Counted from the stretch's first letter, positions 1 to 13,690 are shown. The stretch: 64,000 bases of DNA from Eledone cirrhosa (GCA_964016885.1 OZ024740.1:36580001-36644000); one strand, 5' to 3'. A program made the numbers and translations. The notes: generated by a model from the letters alone, not told the origin.

Positions 1-470
1 TGTCGGGTCACTCTTGAGTGCTACTGGTAACATGTAACCCAGTACAACCTGTCGCATGGTCGGGTCGTCAGCGACTAAACTGGCAACCCCACCAAGTTTA
101 CTTGGTGAGGAGGGTGATTTTGGACACCCTGCAGGACAAAAAAACAAAACCTGACAAAGGGTGGAAGAACTCATAAGAGTCAACGGACATCCGAAAGTGT
201 GTAAATATGTATATACACATGTACCACGCGGTTAAACCACTGGGAGTGAAGGACCCCTAGCCTTTGTTAGGGCATTCTTCTAGGAGAAGGTAACTCAGGA
301 AACTGGGATAACTCGGATTTAAAACCTGCGGCTCAGTAGTTACCGATGATGTTGATCTTTTCTTCTTTTACAGCTACTGTCGCTCAGAGAGTGGGATTGG
401 CTCAGTGCACAGTCTTTCCTCACTTTAAAAAATATCTTCACGCACAAGCATTGCACGATAGAATTAATTA
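1..470 (+). mobile_element. Hairpin-rich non-coding repeat resembling an RTE 5' UTR-derived non-autonomous element (starts before window)
   Basis: Motif TTAGGGCA..TCTAGGAGAAGGTAACTC..TTTAAAACC (~268-326) resembles RTE-clade 5' UTRs as I recall them; several short hairpins; ends in TTGCACGA plus an AT-rich tail. Confidence 0.4.
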
Positions 471-544
471 ATAATTATTAATAATGTTATATCGTGCAAT
501 GGCCATACTCGATTACGAGGGAGCAGCCATCTTGTATGTATGTT

Positions 545-2967
545 TTATAATTTCACAAATGTTTGCCAATAGAGAGAAAGAGTCGGTTTCTAACATAGTT
601 ACAAGTCTCTCATTGTAATTTACACAACATCAACTAGGTAGATATGTATGCATGTCTGCATGTGTGTACAGGTATGGATGTTAATGTATGTGTGGATGTG
701 TATGTTTTGAGTTGTATGTGTGCATATATATACGCTTTCTGTCTGTACATGTGTATATGCAGTTATTAGATGCAACATTTGTTAATGTTTTACATATTTT
801 TACTGTTCCGTTAATGGATTGTACTTGCAATTTCCTAACTAGTTGTGTTCTTTCTATTTCTGTGAAGCCCAGCTTCTCAAGATTTGTACTGAGGCAGTTA
901 CTAACATATCCCAGTGCCCCAATAATCACAGGCATAAATCTGAAGGTATAGTCAGGGTGGAGTATCTGCAGATTTCTCATTAGTTCTGCATAGATATTCT
1001 CCTTTTGGCTAATCTTTGATATTATATATGTCCCATATCATAATATCTGGTCTGTTATGTCTGCATTTTATTGGGGTTTTACTGGAACATTCCACCAGTA
1101 CTCTTTCGTATTATGTACATGGATGTCTTCCACATTGCTGTAGCTTTTAATGTGTTTATTATCGGGGTTATCTTTTTTACGAACTGCAGTGTACAGTGTT
1201 TTGGCCACTACATCATGCCTCATAGGTAGATAATACCGCGATGACATCTTTGGGCAGCTGCTGATGACATGGGTGATATCCTCGATGTTAGTTCTGCAGA
1301 GTCTGCACTTGTTGTCACATCTAGGTGTTTTGCCTGCATACCTATCTCTTTTGTGAATCAGATATTTCGTGTTAATCTCCTGTTCTTGGATTGCAAAAGC
1401 GTATCCTTCAAAGTGGGAGCCAATATAGCGGTTGTTGGTCCAAGATAGACTACTTTCTTTATCTATATTACTCTTACTCTCGAACTTCCTGGCAACATAT
1501 CCATGCATGATTTTTTGCTGATAAGCATGCAGTTTTTCATCCATGGATTCACTGCGATACTGCTGAGTGACTTCCCTGGATGTGAGTTTTTGATTATCAC
1601 ACAGGGAATATCTCTCGAGGAGTTCTTTCCCAACTCTCATGATCTTATCTGTTTCATGCAGATAGACTTGCTTGAGAGACATGCTCCTACGCTTCGAGGT
1701 TCGTAGATGTTGCAGGAGAGACATGATGCGACATTCAAATGTTGTCTGGACTGATGTTAGGCCTCTGCCTCCCTGCTTACGTTTCAAGTAAAGGCGGTCT
1801 ATGTCACTGTTGATGTGGAAGTTTCCGGTGTTGTTTAGTAATTTTCGAGTTCCAACATCAACTGCTCGGATTTCGTCTATCGTCCAATTGAGTATTCCAA
1901 ACGTTAGTGTTAGGACAGGCACAGCAAACACATTGTGAGCCACTGTTTTGTTTTGCGCAGAGAGTTCCGATGACCAGTTCTTTCTTAATCAGGTGTAGTA
2001 TTCGCTGGTTACGCGTTCTTTATTACAGATACCATTATAGGATATGTTCTCATCTATCCCCAGGTATCTGTAGCAGTCCTCATCAGATATCGGTGAAACA
2101 GTTAGGCCATTGATGAAAATGTTGCTAGATTGGGTTGTTGTTTTCCCCGCTTTACAGTCATGTAAGAGCATTTATCTTGGCCAAACTCCATTCCTATATT
2201 CTTTGAGAACGTTGTAACCAGGTCAAGATTTTTCTTCCTCCCATCCATGTTCTTGGCATAGAGTTTCAGATCGTCCCCGAAGAAACTATGGGTTAGGTTT
2301 GTATTTCTGTCCTCCTATGCGCCAATGATGTACCCCTCACATTTCTTGAGCAGAAAGGACAAGGGGTTTAATGACAAGATGAATAATATCACAGAGAGAC
2401 TGTCCCCCTGAAATATACCCCTGCAATATGTTTTTATCAGTGGAAATAGAGTCCTCCCTCTCTGACTTTAACCTTAGGATTGTAGCCCAAGAAGAAGACA
2501 GCCTCTCTATGGCTCTGACAATAATGTATGCAAGTTGGAGGCCCTCTATCATCCAAAAGTGGGGAACAGAATCGAAAGCTTTCCTGTAGTCCAGCCAGAC
2601 TGTAGCCATATTCCTCCTAAGTTGTCGCACCTCCGACATCGCAGTTTTGTTGATTAGGAGTTGTTCAGCACATCCCCAAACCCTTTTCTTTCCAGCTGCT
2701 TGTTCATCTGTGATGATGTTATTATTTTCACAGTGATCTTGGAGAAATAGGTTCAGGCAGGCTGTATACATCTTATACATCAGGTTCTGGCATGCAATGG
2801 GTCTGTAGTTTTTTGCCAAGTAGGTGTCTTTGTTCTTGGGGACCAGCATTGTTTATGCTAATGTCAACCATTCTGGTATAAGTGTATCTCCCTTAAGAAC
2901 TTGTTGGTAGAGGTCAGTAAGATACCTCCGATAGAATATCAGTTTTTTGTACCAGTAGCCGACAATC
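545..2967 (-). mobile_element. 5'-truncated, disrupted R4/Dong-like non-LTR retrotransposon (RT + CCHC knuckle + restriction-like endonuclease)
   Basis: ORF pieces 2337-2849 (NYRPIAC, WLDYRKAFDSVPH), THSFFGDDLKLY at ~2255-2295, 1068-1943 (CRLC..EDITHVISSC, RHDVVA), 681-980 (PVIIGALG); stops, frameshifts and a deletion in the RLE. Confidence 0.85.
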
Positions 2968-3668
2968 ATGTATGGATGTATCTATTTGTGTATTTGTGTA
3001 TGTAAGCGTGTGCATGCATTGTATGAATGCAGGTATGAATGCAAGTATGTATGTGTGTATGTATGTGTGTATGGATGTGTGTATGTATGTATTTATAAAT
3101 GTATGTATGTGTGTATGTATGTGTGTATGTATGTATGTATTCATATATGTATGTATGTGTGCATGTATGCATTCGTGTATATGTGTATTTGTGTATGTAA
3201 GCGTGTGCATGCATTGAATGTATGTACGTATGTATACAAGTATGTATGTGTGTATGTGTTCGTGCATGTCTGTGTGTGTATGTATGCATGCATACATATA
3301 TGTATGTATATATGTGTGCATGTGTGCCTGTGTGTGTGTGTGTTTGTCTGTGTGTATGTATGGGTCTATGTATGTGTACGTGTGTGTCTGAGTGTGTCTG
3401 TGTGTATGCATGCATGCATGTATGCATGTACGCATGTATGTGTTTCCGTGTCGCCTGTCGGTCTGTCTGTCTGTATGTATTATGTATGTTTGTCTATCTG
3501 TCTGTTTGTCTGTTTGTCTGTTTGTCTGTATGTATGACTGTCTGTCTGTATGTGTGTATGTATGTCTGTCTGTATGTATGTATGTATGTATGTATGTATG
3601 TATGTATGTATGTATGTGTATATATATATATATGTATGTATGTGTGTATCTATATATATATATGTATA
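2968..3668. repeat. Compound (TATG)n/(TG)n/(TCTG)n microsatellite
   Basis: Seen directly. Confidence 0.95.
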
Positions 3669-3983
3669 TTATTATTGTTGTTGTTGTCGTTATTATTATT
3701 ATTGTTATTATTATTAATGTACTGGGTAATTGCTGGCCTTGTGCCAAAAAAATAGAAACAATTATTATTATTATTATTGGTCTAAGCGGACGTATTTTGC
3801 TCGCTCCCAGTAAGTCGCTTTATTTGCCTGTTAAAATTATTTGTTGTTAAATATTTCTAGTTGTGTAAGGGATAAAAGCCCTTAGACTTTGCCCCGTGAA
3901 GGGGAAAGTATAATATTTGCGCCTTTTGGCCCAAATATTTGAACTTTTTTTACATGTTAAAAAATTTAAGAAGAAAAAAAAAC

Positions 3984-5974
3984 ATGGCTGGGCCACGCCC
4001 CCCCCCCCCCCCCAGCAATATGTCGGCTGCCGTGCGACAACGACGTAGAAGTTGAGAGGAGCGCTACAGCGAAATTAACACACATTGATAACACAAACAC
4101 CACCACAAACAAGGTAAACAAAGACATCAATGATACCAATGAGAACTCTAATTTTGAAAAAAATGACAGTAACAGCGACAACGAAAATACAGATAACAAA
4201 AAAAAAAATAACAAATACAACAACAATATCAACACCACTAACATGAAAACAAATAGCGACAACACCAACAGCAATAATACCAACTGCACCGAGAACAACG
4301 GTGGCAACAAAGACAACAATGATAACAGCGACAGTGCTAACAACAACACCGACAAGAACAACGACAACAAAACCCCTAACGAAAACATGAAGAACACTTT
4401 CGCTGCAGCAGCAGCAAAAAAGAGGCCATGCTTCAACATGGACCTCTCAAACAAAGATGAAAAGTTGGCCCAGGCATGGAAGCTCATCAAGCAAGAGCAA
4501 ACTTGGGCCAACTTAACTGTCCCGGTAGAAGCTATTGAGGCAGTGGAGCGCAAAACGGTGCATTATAGATGCATCTCAGCACAAACCAAAAGGGCAACTT
4601 TAATCCCACAAGAAGATATCGAAGTCGCGCTGAGGTGCATCAGAGAAGACACCCAGTACATAGAGAGGGGCAGACAGTACGGCACCATTTCGGTGTTGTT
4701 CAATTCAGAAGCCCTCGCTATGAAACACGTTATGACTCCTTGCAAAACCAGCAAGGTCATAATGTACCCCTCAAACATGGGAAAAAGAACGGTCTGTCTC
4801 TGCATTCCCAGAATCCCACCAGGACTTGACATGTGGTGGCTTCTGGGATGTGTGATTGTGGAGGGGACGGATACAGTCCCTATAGAAGTGACCAGAACGG
4901 CCAGAGAGGACTGATCCGGGGTTGACCTGGAGATCCTTCTCCAGATCAGGTCCGAGAATGTGAAGACAATCCCGGACCACATCCGCCTTCAGAATGGGAC
5001 GGCCATTCACATTATGACCGAAGGCAAAAGGCCGCAGTGTTTTGTTTGTGGGGAAAAAACCCATTTGCGAGCCTTCTGCCCTCAACTGCTGAAAGAGGCA
5101 AGGGGTCGAAAGGCTCCACTGCTGCCGACGCCGCGGCGAGAACCACAACCAACACCAGCACCGGCAAAACCACCAACAACAACACTAATAGAAAGACCAC
5201 CACCAACATTGACCACCCAAGGGGGAAACGAGGAAAGCTGTCAAATTCCTCCTCCCCCCCAAAATACACACACCAATAAAACCATAAACATACATACAGA
5301 CACAACTAACAGACACAGACCCCTCATCTACCAGTAGTGAAAATGAGGGAAATCCAAAATCCCCCAAAATACAAAAAAGGAAACACAAAAAAAAAAAAAA
5401 AATCTCAACAAAGCACAAAAGCACCCACAATAAAAAACGCAGATACCACCCACGCAAACATCTCTCCAATAACACCAACATCAACACCACCATCACCATC
5501 ACCAGAATCCCCCAAACGCAAACAACCGAAACAGACGCAAGAACAAATATACACACAAACATCTGAAACCACAGACACCGCACTCACAACAAACACAGAT
5601 ACAACCGAAACAACACCACCAAAACATCACGACCACAGCCACGCAAACACATAAAATCACACCAACAAAACATACAAAACTTCGTGCTCGTCAGGAGGGC
5701 CAACAAGGAACTGATGGCCCTCGTAGCACGAAGTGAAAATATACAAAAAGAGGGGGAAATTTTTAAATCGAGCACATTTTGTGTGCCGGAAAATTTGGTT
5801 CTGGTGCGAATGTCGCTCGACATATTCAAAGAAATACGAGACAGCTTTCCTCGGGACGTGGGAACCCCGAACGTAAAACCCACTACAAGACTTTTAAAGG
5901 GGTTCCCAAAAGAAACCCCACTAACTATGGAGGTCGAACAACTCGACCTTCACAAGAGCCCGGAAGGTAAGTAA
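3984..5974 (+). pseudogene. Tx1 ORF1 (gag-like, CCHC zinc knuckle), disrupted
   Basis: ATG 3984; frameshifts at poly-C runs (~4000, ~5255); TGA at 4912; knuckle CFVCGEKTHLRAFC; Asn/Thr-rich low-complexity segments. Confidence 0.75.
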
Positions 5975-6007
5975 AGCTTCCTCTCTCTCTCTGTTTAACC
6001 TGCTAAC

Positions 6008-9000
6008 ATGGCCGTATTAAGAGTAGGATGTTTAAATGTTCGAGGCCTGGGATCGTCCTGGAAGCAGGGTCACCTGCTCAACGACCTCAGATCTATAGAA
6101 ATGGATGTAATTGCAGTCAGCGAAACCAGGATTTCCGACACGCGCGCACTAGCCCCCATTTTCGACGACTATCAGATCTTTGCATCTGTTAGCCGGCCGG
6201 GAATGGGAGGCGGGGTGGCAGTGCTGTTTAGGAAAGGCCTGGATCTCGAGGTAAGGTCGATCTTCCGGGACCCGGACGGGAAGTTGGTGGTCCTGGACGG
6301 GAACAATAATGAAGGTGGTGCCTTTAGACTGGTGGACGTCTATGCTCCTACTGGGGCTGGACGGCCGGACCTCTTTAGACGCCTGGAAGCCTTTCTGGGT
6401 ACGTCTCACCCTTTACTGTTAGCGGGGGACTGGAACAGCATCTTAGACGCACGCTGGGACTGAGTGGGAGTATCCGATAGGAGCGCGGGGTGCAAAAGCC
6501 CCAAGAACCCGATCAGCCATTTCCAACTGTCTGACAGGTATCGACTAGATTTACCTAATGCGCCAGTGTGGACCTGGGCTAACCGCATAGAGTCATCTAG
6601 ATCGTATATAGACAGGATATTCATTAGGAAAATAGACAGAAATAGTGTAGGCTGTCCACGTTTTGAAACGGTCGCCTATTCAGATCACAAGTTTGTGATC
6701 TGTATGGTCGACCTAGATAAGACGCGTAGGAGAGGACCTGGTTACTGGAAGCTAAACATGTCATTTCCGGCACGTAAGGCTTACAGGGACCAGGTCAACA
6801 ATTTAGTTAAGAAAAAGTTGACAGGGAGAGTCGTCAACAATAGATGGTGGGGGGCTCTCAAAAGAGAGATTAGAGTAATGTCGATAGAGTTTAGCAAAGA
6901 AGTAGCATTAGAGAAAAATAGAAAGGAGGGGGAGTTGGTAGATAAGTTAGACGAAGCTATTGGTAGTGGCATTGCAACTGACGTGCTAGTGGCGAGAATG
7001 GCATTAGACCATTTCTTCAATGCGAAACACGAAGGTTGGATTGTCAGAGCTAAGGTGCGTGCTCTGAGAAATGAGGGAACCAAAGCTGTTCGATGGGCCC
7101 GCGTGGCAGAGGCGCAGCGTGGAAATAAAACCACGATTCGGTCTTTGACGGACCGAGACGGGCACGAGCTGAGCGATTCCAAGAAGATGTGTGAGGCCTT
7201 TCGCCAACATTTTGCTCGGTTGTTCGGGGGAAGTGGCGGGTCAGAGATGGTGGCGGACTTCAGTCCCTACCTCAATGGCTTGCCGCAACTCTCGACGGCT
7301 TACGGTGGGCGCTGCGAGAGGCCAATTACTTCAGCCGAGATTCAGGATGCCCTTGTCGGCTGCATGAAACGCAAGTCACCCGGTTTGGATGGTCTGCTCT
7401 ACGAGCTTTACGTAAATATGCCAGACTTGTTCTCCAATCTCCTCGAAGCTCTCTACTGCAACTGGCAGCAAAACGGGAGTATTCACAGTTCTGTGAGCCG
7501 GGGCGTAGTGACGCTGATAAGGAAAGACGAGAACAAGAGGGACACATTAGTCAATTTCAGGCCCATAACTCTGCTCAACACAGAGTTTAAGATTTTGGCC
7601 AGGGTGTTAGCGAAGAGGTTGGCGCTTGTCGTTGGGAAGGCACAAACTTGCGCAATCCTAACCAGGTCCATACACGACAACCTCCACCTAATGCGATACA
7701 TCATAGAGAGGGTAGGGTGTAAACCTGGCTTCGGTGGGGCTCTGATCAATTTAGATCAATCGAAAGCATTCGATAGGGTCGACCATCGGTACCTGGAGGC
7801 TGTCCTAAGGGCGGCTGGATTCGGCCCCGTCTTCAGAAGCTGGATCGCTGCAATGCACAGCTGCACCTGCTCGATGGTCAAAATTAATGGCCACCTCTCG
7901 GAACCGTTTCAGGTCTCTCGATCGGTCCGTCAAGGGTGCCCTCTCTCCTCCCTTCTGTACGTATTGACTCTCGAGCCTTTACTGCGGAAGCTGGAGGTGT
8001 TGCAGGGCATCCCGCTCGAACCGGGACGCGGAAAGGCTGTGTCGGCTTATACGGACGACATCACCGTGATGGTGTCGGACACCTCAGAAATCGAGGTGGT
8101 CGGCAACTTATTGGAGGAATATGAAAGGTTGACGGGAGCAAAACTTAACCCGGAAAAGTCAGTGGGCTTGCAACTCGGCACCTGGAGAGGCAAGTCCATG
8201 CCGTCCAACAGCGTCGTTAGGCGCTGGACGGACGGACCGGTAAAGTTGCTGGGGGTTTGGTTCGGGCCAGACCTCCAGGTGGATAAGAATTGGGACGAGG
8301 TGACGGGCAGGGTAGCCAGTCTCACCCAGAAATGGGTTGGGATGAAGCTATCACTGAAAGGTCGGGCGGAGGTGGCGAACGCGTACATCGCGTCCGTCAT
8401 CTACTACCGTCTGACTGTCGTCCCTTGCCCCCGTTCGCGCCTCGCCATCTTGGACCGGCTCCTCTTCAAATTCTTGTGGAGGGGTCAGGTTCCGCTGGTG
8501 AGGCGGTCCATCTGCTGCCAGCACCCTCTACGTGGAGGGCTGGGCATGCCGTGGCTAATGATGCGCAGGCACGCGCTGAGGCTGCGGCATCTCCAGATAT
8601 TCTGCCTAAACGGTGAACAGGTGTGGTTGCCGTTTGTCAGACGGGCCTTTCCGCAGCTCGTTTCTTTGACTGAGTTGCAGTCCTGGGTCAAGAAGAGACC
8701 GAGACTGGGTAACTGGCATCTGGAATGTTGCCAGGCACTCACTGCCCTCTACCAGGCGGGCAATGCGGTCAGTGGAACTTCCACTCTCGAGTTCTATAGA
8801 GGATTAGTGGTGGGCAAGTGCGACGACGCACTCGGAGAGGCTCTGGGAGTCAACGAAGTCAAACTAACCAGTCTGTACCGAAGGACTTTTGAGCCGGGGA
8901 CGATGGATAATTTCCAAAAATCCCTCGCTTGGCAGTGCTACCGGGGGGGGGGGGCACTGCCGGTTCGAGATAAACTCTACAGGCACGGAAGTGCTGTCAG

Positions 9001-9423
9001 ACGGACCTGCCCGAGATGCGCGCAGAGCGCCGAAACCGTTCTGCACGCACACGTCCAGTATCCGTGCATTACTGACTTGTGGAATTATGTTGAACAGCTC
9101 TTGTCGCGTGTAGAACGGATCCGGCTATCGGCCGAGTCCATAGTGAAGATCGACCCGCCGCCTTCTTTTGGCCTAGAAAGGCAGGCAATTTTCCTCTGTC
9201 TGGTGGCAGTAGCGAAAGAGGTTGTATGGTGGACGAGGTTGAAAGGACTGAATACAGACACTTTTCTCTTCGGCCAATCCCTCATCAACTTTTTCAAGTT
9301 TCACTTGGAAAGGAAGGTGGGGGTGGAGAGAGAAGTGCTGCCCCCCATACATTTGCTGAAAGGTGGGAGAATGTGCCGAGAATGGCCCGTGTGAGTGGGC
9401 CTACTCTGGTCATGCGACTGTAG
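6008..9423 (+). pseudogene. Tx1 ORF2: AP endonuclease + reverse transcriptase + C-terminal Cys/His motif
   Basis: LNVRGL, VSET, VYAP, GDWN, SYIDRIF, SDHK (APE); KSPGLDG, FRPITLLN, LDQSKAFDRV, QGCPLS, YTDD (RT); CPRC..ETVLH; in-frame TGA at 6461 and a frameshift near 9341. Confidence 0.92.
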
Positions 9424-9699
9424 GTAGGTAAATTTGAAGAGGAGAGGGGTGCCTTTCCAGGGTTCTCTCGAAGCGTCGGGTCGTACAGGACTGGTTGGGT
9501 ACCTGAGCGAACCCTAGGTGGTCATCCCCCTATAGGGGAATTTTTTCTTGTAATTTTATTGTTACTTTATTGTTACTTTGTTATTGTTACTTTGTTATTG
9601 TTATTCATATTGTTTACTCGATTTTTCTGTAAAACCCCACTGTCCCAGTCTTTTGTATTGTCCCCTATATGTCGGCCCTTGTGGCCAATAAATGAAATC

Positions 9700-9847
9700 A
9701 TTATTATTATTATTATTGTTATTATTATGTCGTTGTTTTTTCTCGTGCAATGGCCATACTCGATAACGAGTGAGCAGCCATCATCATGTACATATATATA
9801 TATGTCTGTCTGTATGTCTGCGTGTATGTATATATATATATATATTA

Positions 9848-9881
<34 letters not shown>

Positions 9882-10233
9882 CTGTCTGTATGTATGTATT
9901 ATGTATGTTTTTCTGTACGTATGTATGTACGTATGTATCTATCTATCTAGGGTGGGTAAAATTCCCGAGATCCATGGACGAGTTCTCTCCAACGGTCACT
10001 GTCCCTCATTATCGCTGCCATGTCCTGCGTCTCCAACAGACCAGTGCCTGTCCTTAGGGCATCAACATATGTTAACCTCGGTCTTCCTCTTCCAGTGTGT
10101 CCTTGTAGGGGCTCCCACAAGAGCACTGAGTGCAGTGTCAACTCTGGATGTCGGTGAGCATGTCTAGCTAACTTGTCTCCTCTGTGTCACTCTTGAGCTG
10201 ACTTTTGGGAGGCTCCCATACAGCTCTGAGTTC

Positions 10234-10236
<3 letters not shown>
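9700..10236 (-). mobile_element. 3' fragment of an RTE-clade LINE with a microsatellite-containing 3' UTR and (TAA)n tail
   Basis: GRGRPRLTYVD..DSDRWR C-terminus (9947-10141); terminal ~45 bp motif at 9742-9785 also present at 492-531. Confidence 0.7.
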
Positions 10237-10268
<32 letters not shown>

Positions 10269-10708
10269 TTTCCATTTATCGTTTGCGGTGCGCCCGGCCG
10301 ACTAACTCACTCGATATGCAAATTAGGCTGCTCAGCCATTAATATGCATAAGGAAAGTATATACTTTCAGACGTTCAAGCATCTGACAGAAAAGTATACG
10401 ATGCTGACGATAGCTAATAAGCTTGAAACTAGTACATCGTTCCTGTGTCAGTGTTGAACAAAAAGTTGACGATTGTTGCCTGAACACTGTACGGCGTAAT
10501 TCGGGCTGTTTGTTGTTTACAAACAAACCGAGCATTATAATAAATGTTCGGTAAACCCATACGTACATATATATATGTGTGCATGTATGTATATATATAT
10601 ACATACTACTGTACGTCTGTATACATATATGTATGTATACGTACATACATATATTTAAGTACCAGCCGTACTAAGAGTGAGAAATGAAATTTCGTTTCAT
10701 TCTTTTCC

Positions 10709-10774
<66 letters not shown>

Positions 10775-10822
10775 GATGTAAAATAATAAAATTATGAAAA
10801 TCAGCTTACTTACTAAAATTTC

Positions 10823-10903
10823 ACTCCAAGTAATTAGTTTCTGTAAGGGAATAAATATGGTGACGGAACGCAATCATAGAGAATCCTTACGTCATCAGGG
10901 AGT
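10823..10903 (-). ncRNA. Type I hammerhead ribozyme (inverted copy, stem III point mutation)
   Basis: Reverse complement of the 11834 motif; CTAATTAC instead of CTAATTAG. Confidence 0.65.
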
Positions 10904-11833
10904 CTATTCTCAGCTAAGTTCCCAGGCAATGCGTGGACACAGGGAACTTATATAAAAATAATTCAGTGGATGGAAAAAAGCGAGCGGGGACTAAATTCCA
11001 GGACATTGAAAAAATTCACTGCCTACTTGGTCAGTGGAAAATTCAAAAGAATCAATTACGTGACACTGAGGTTAATCAGTGAGGAGTGGAGTGCTAATAA
11101 GACAGGAGCCTAACTACTACCATGAACCATAGCAGTAATTTCGGCAAATTTTGCTCAACAAATAATTTGGAGATAATTATAAAGAATTAGTATATCTACC
11201 AAGATATGTATACAGATGCATACCTATGCTAGCAAATATATAGGTTTTGTCTTAGTAACTTTGTGATTCTATGCAAGTGGATGCAGAACAATTATATGAA
11301 AGACGTAAAATAAGAAAATTATGAAATTATTCCCTTACAGAAAATTATGAAATTATGAAATTATTCCCTTACAGAAACTAATTAGTTGGAGTGAAATTTT
11401 AGTAAGTTGATTTTCATAATTTTCTTATTTTACGTCTTTCATATAATTGTTCTGCATCCCCTTGCATAGAACCACAAAGTTACTAAGACTAAACCTATAT
11501 ATTTGCTAGCATAGGTATGCATCTGTATACATATGTTGGTAGATATACTAATTCTTTATAATTATCTCCAAATTATTTGTTGAGCAAAATAGCCGAAATT
11601 ACTGCTATGTTCCATGATAGTAGTTAGGCTCCTGTCTTATTAGCACTCCACTCCTCACTGATTAACCTCAGTGTCACGTGATTGATTCTTTTGAATTTTC
11701 CACTGAACAAGTAGGCAGTGAATTCTTTCAATGTCCTGGAATTTAGTCCCCGCTCGCTTTTTTCCATCCACTGAATTATTTTTATATAAGTTCCCTGTGT
11801 CCACACATTGCCTGGGAACTTACCTGAGAATAG

Positions 11834-11914
11834 ACTCCCTGATGACGTAAGGATTCTCTATGATTGCGTTCCGTAACCATATTTATTCCCTTACAGAAAC
11901 TAATTAGTTGGAGT
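11834..11914 (+). ncRNA. Type I hammerhead ribozyme
   Basis: ACTCC-CTGATGA-(GTAAGG..CCTTAC)-GAAA-CTAATTAG-TT-GGAGT; GUU cleavage triplet, palindromic stem III. Confidence 0.8.
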
Positions 11915-12477
11915 GAAATTTTAGTAAGTAAGTTGATTTTCATAATTTTCTTATTTTACGTCATTCATATAATTGTTCTGCATCCCCTTGCATAGAACCA
12001 CAAAGTTACTAAGACAAAATCTATATATTTGCTAGCATAGGTATGCATCTGTATACATATGTTGGTAGATATACTAATTCTTTATATATATATATATACA
12101 ATATATTAATACATGGAAACTATATTTATAAAACCATATTTATTTTATTATATATATTTCAAGGGCAACCAAGGCAAATTATGGTGCGCTTTCATCAGAT
12201 AAAATACAGATTTGTTTCATAAATAAATATTGAGATACCCGGAAAAAAGACAACCTTAACGCTTGGAGCTTCCTGGATAGTGGAGATAATATTTTATTGA
12301 GGGTAATACAAAGTTATGAGTGAGTATGCAAATGAGTGTCCGAAAAGTTGAAAAGATAACGGTTTATTTAAATTAAACTGTTGGAAGAGGATGATATGTA
12401 AGGGATAAAAATGTATGTAAGGGATAAGTTATAACATTTTTAAGCTTGTTGAATCCCAACAAATTAAATATAACCTC

Positions 12478-12603
<126 letters not shown>

Positions 12604-13105
12604 CACGCATGTATGTATGTGTGCCTGCGTGTGAGCGTGTGTGCTTATCAGTCTGTGTCTGTGTGCCCGAGTGTATGAAACTGCAAATTGTTAGACTAAG
12701 TTTCTCAATTCCTATCTTTATTCCAGCACTATATATCTCGGTGAACTTTGAAATCTAGTGCACTCTCTGCTAGGAGGGTGTATATACATATACATACATA
12801 TAACTTCATATGTGTGAGTGGGAGCGTATACACAGATGCATACACATGCACATACGCGCACATTTACTCACACACATATATCGTAGTCTCTTTTTCATTC
12901 TCGTTTACGCTGAAATATTTACATTCATACATACGTACATACACATACACATACGTACATACATACGTACATACACATAGATACGCACATACACACATAC
13001 ATAAATACATACATGTACACATCGATGCATAAGCACATGCACACATACATACACACAAACATACATTCATACATGCACACATGCATGAACGTGTATATAA
13101 TGTGC

Positions 13106-13151
<46 letters not shown>

Positions 13152-13192
13152 TAATATATATAAATTAATATATATAAATAAATATATATAAA

Positions 13193-13247
<55 letters not shown>

Positions 13248-13302
13248 TAATATATATAAATTAATATATATAAATTAATATATATAAATAAATATATATA
13301 AA

Positions 13303-13353
<51 letters not shown>

Positions 13354-13409
13354 GAGGCAGATATGCAAAAACAGTCATATACATTTACATATTTGCATAT
13401 CAAATTGGT

Positions 13410-13690
13410 ACACCGTCTATTACGATGATGACTGTTCCAATTGATACGATCAACGGAACAGCCTGCGTCCCCTTAACATAGTACTCAGGGAGATTCAGCA
13501 TAACACAGAATAGGACAAGGATAACCTTTCGAACTACACGTACAACTTGTTTTTTTGTCAGCAGAGGGGACTGGAGCAACGTAAAATAAAGTATCTTGCT
13601 GAAGGATATGACGCACCAACGGGAATGAGACTCACAACGTTACGACCCTGAACCACATACCCTAACCACTAAGCCTCGCATCTTTCACAT
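13410..13690 (-). mobile_element. tRNA-derived SINE (diverged copy)
   Basis: Reverse-complement homolog of 13990-14305. Confidence 0.75.

Larger units (their letters stand above)
3780..9699 (+). mobile_element. Near full-length Tx1/L1-clade LINE inserted in (TTA)n
   Basis: Short 5' UTR, ORF1, ORF2 (APE-RT-Cys domain), T-rich 3' UTR with AATAAA at ~9686; both ends abut (TTA)n. Confidence 0.9.
10771..12085. mobile_element. Retrozyme-like non-coding repeat, family A (~525 bp unit): inverted copy 10771-11320 plus ~1.4 direct copies 11360-12085, within (TA)n
   Basis: Unit period ~522-526 (TTACAGAAAC at 11369 and 11891); carries a hammerhead; no credible ORF. Confidence 0.8.

Noticed and set aside
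6461-6463. In-frame TGA as selenocysteine or programmed readthrough
   Set aside because: The element has other disabling lesions and no SECIS was recognised; a simple nonsense mutation is more likely
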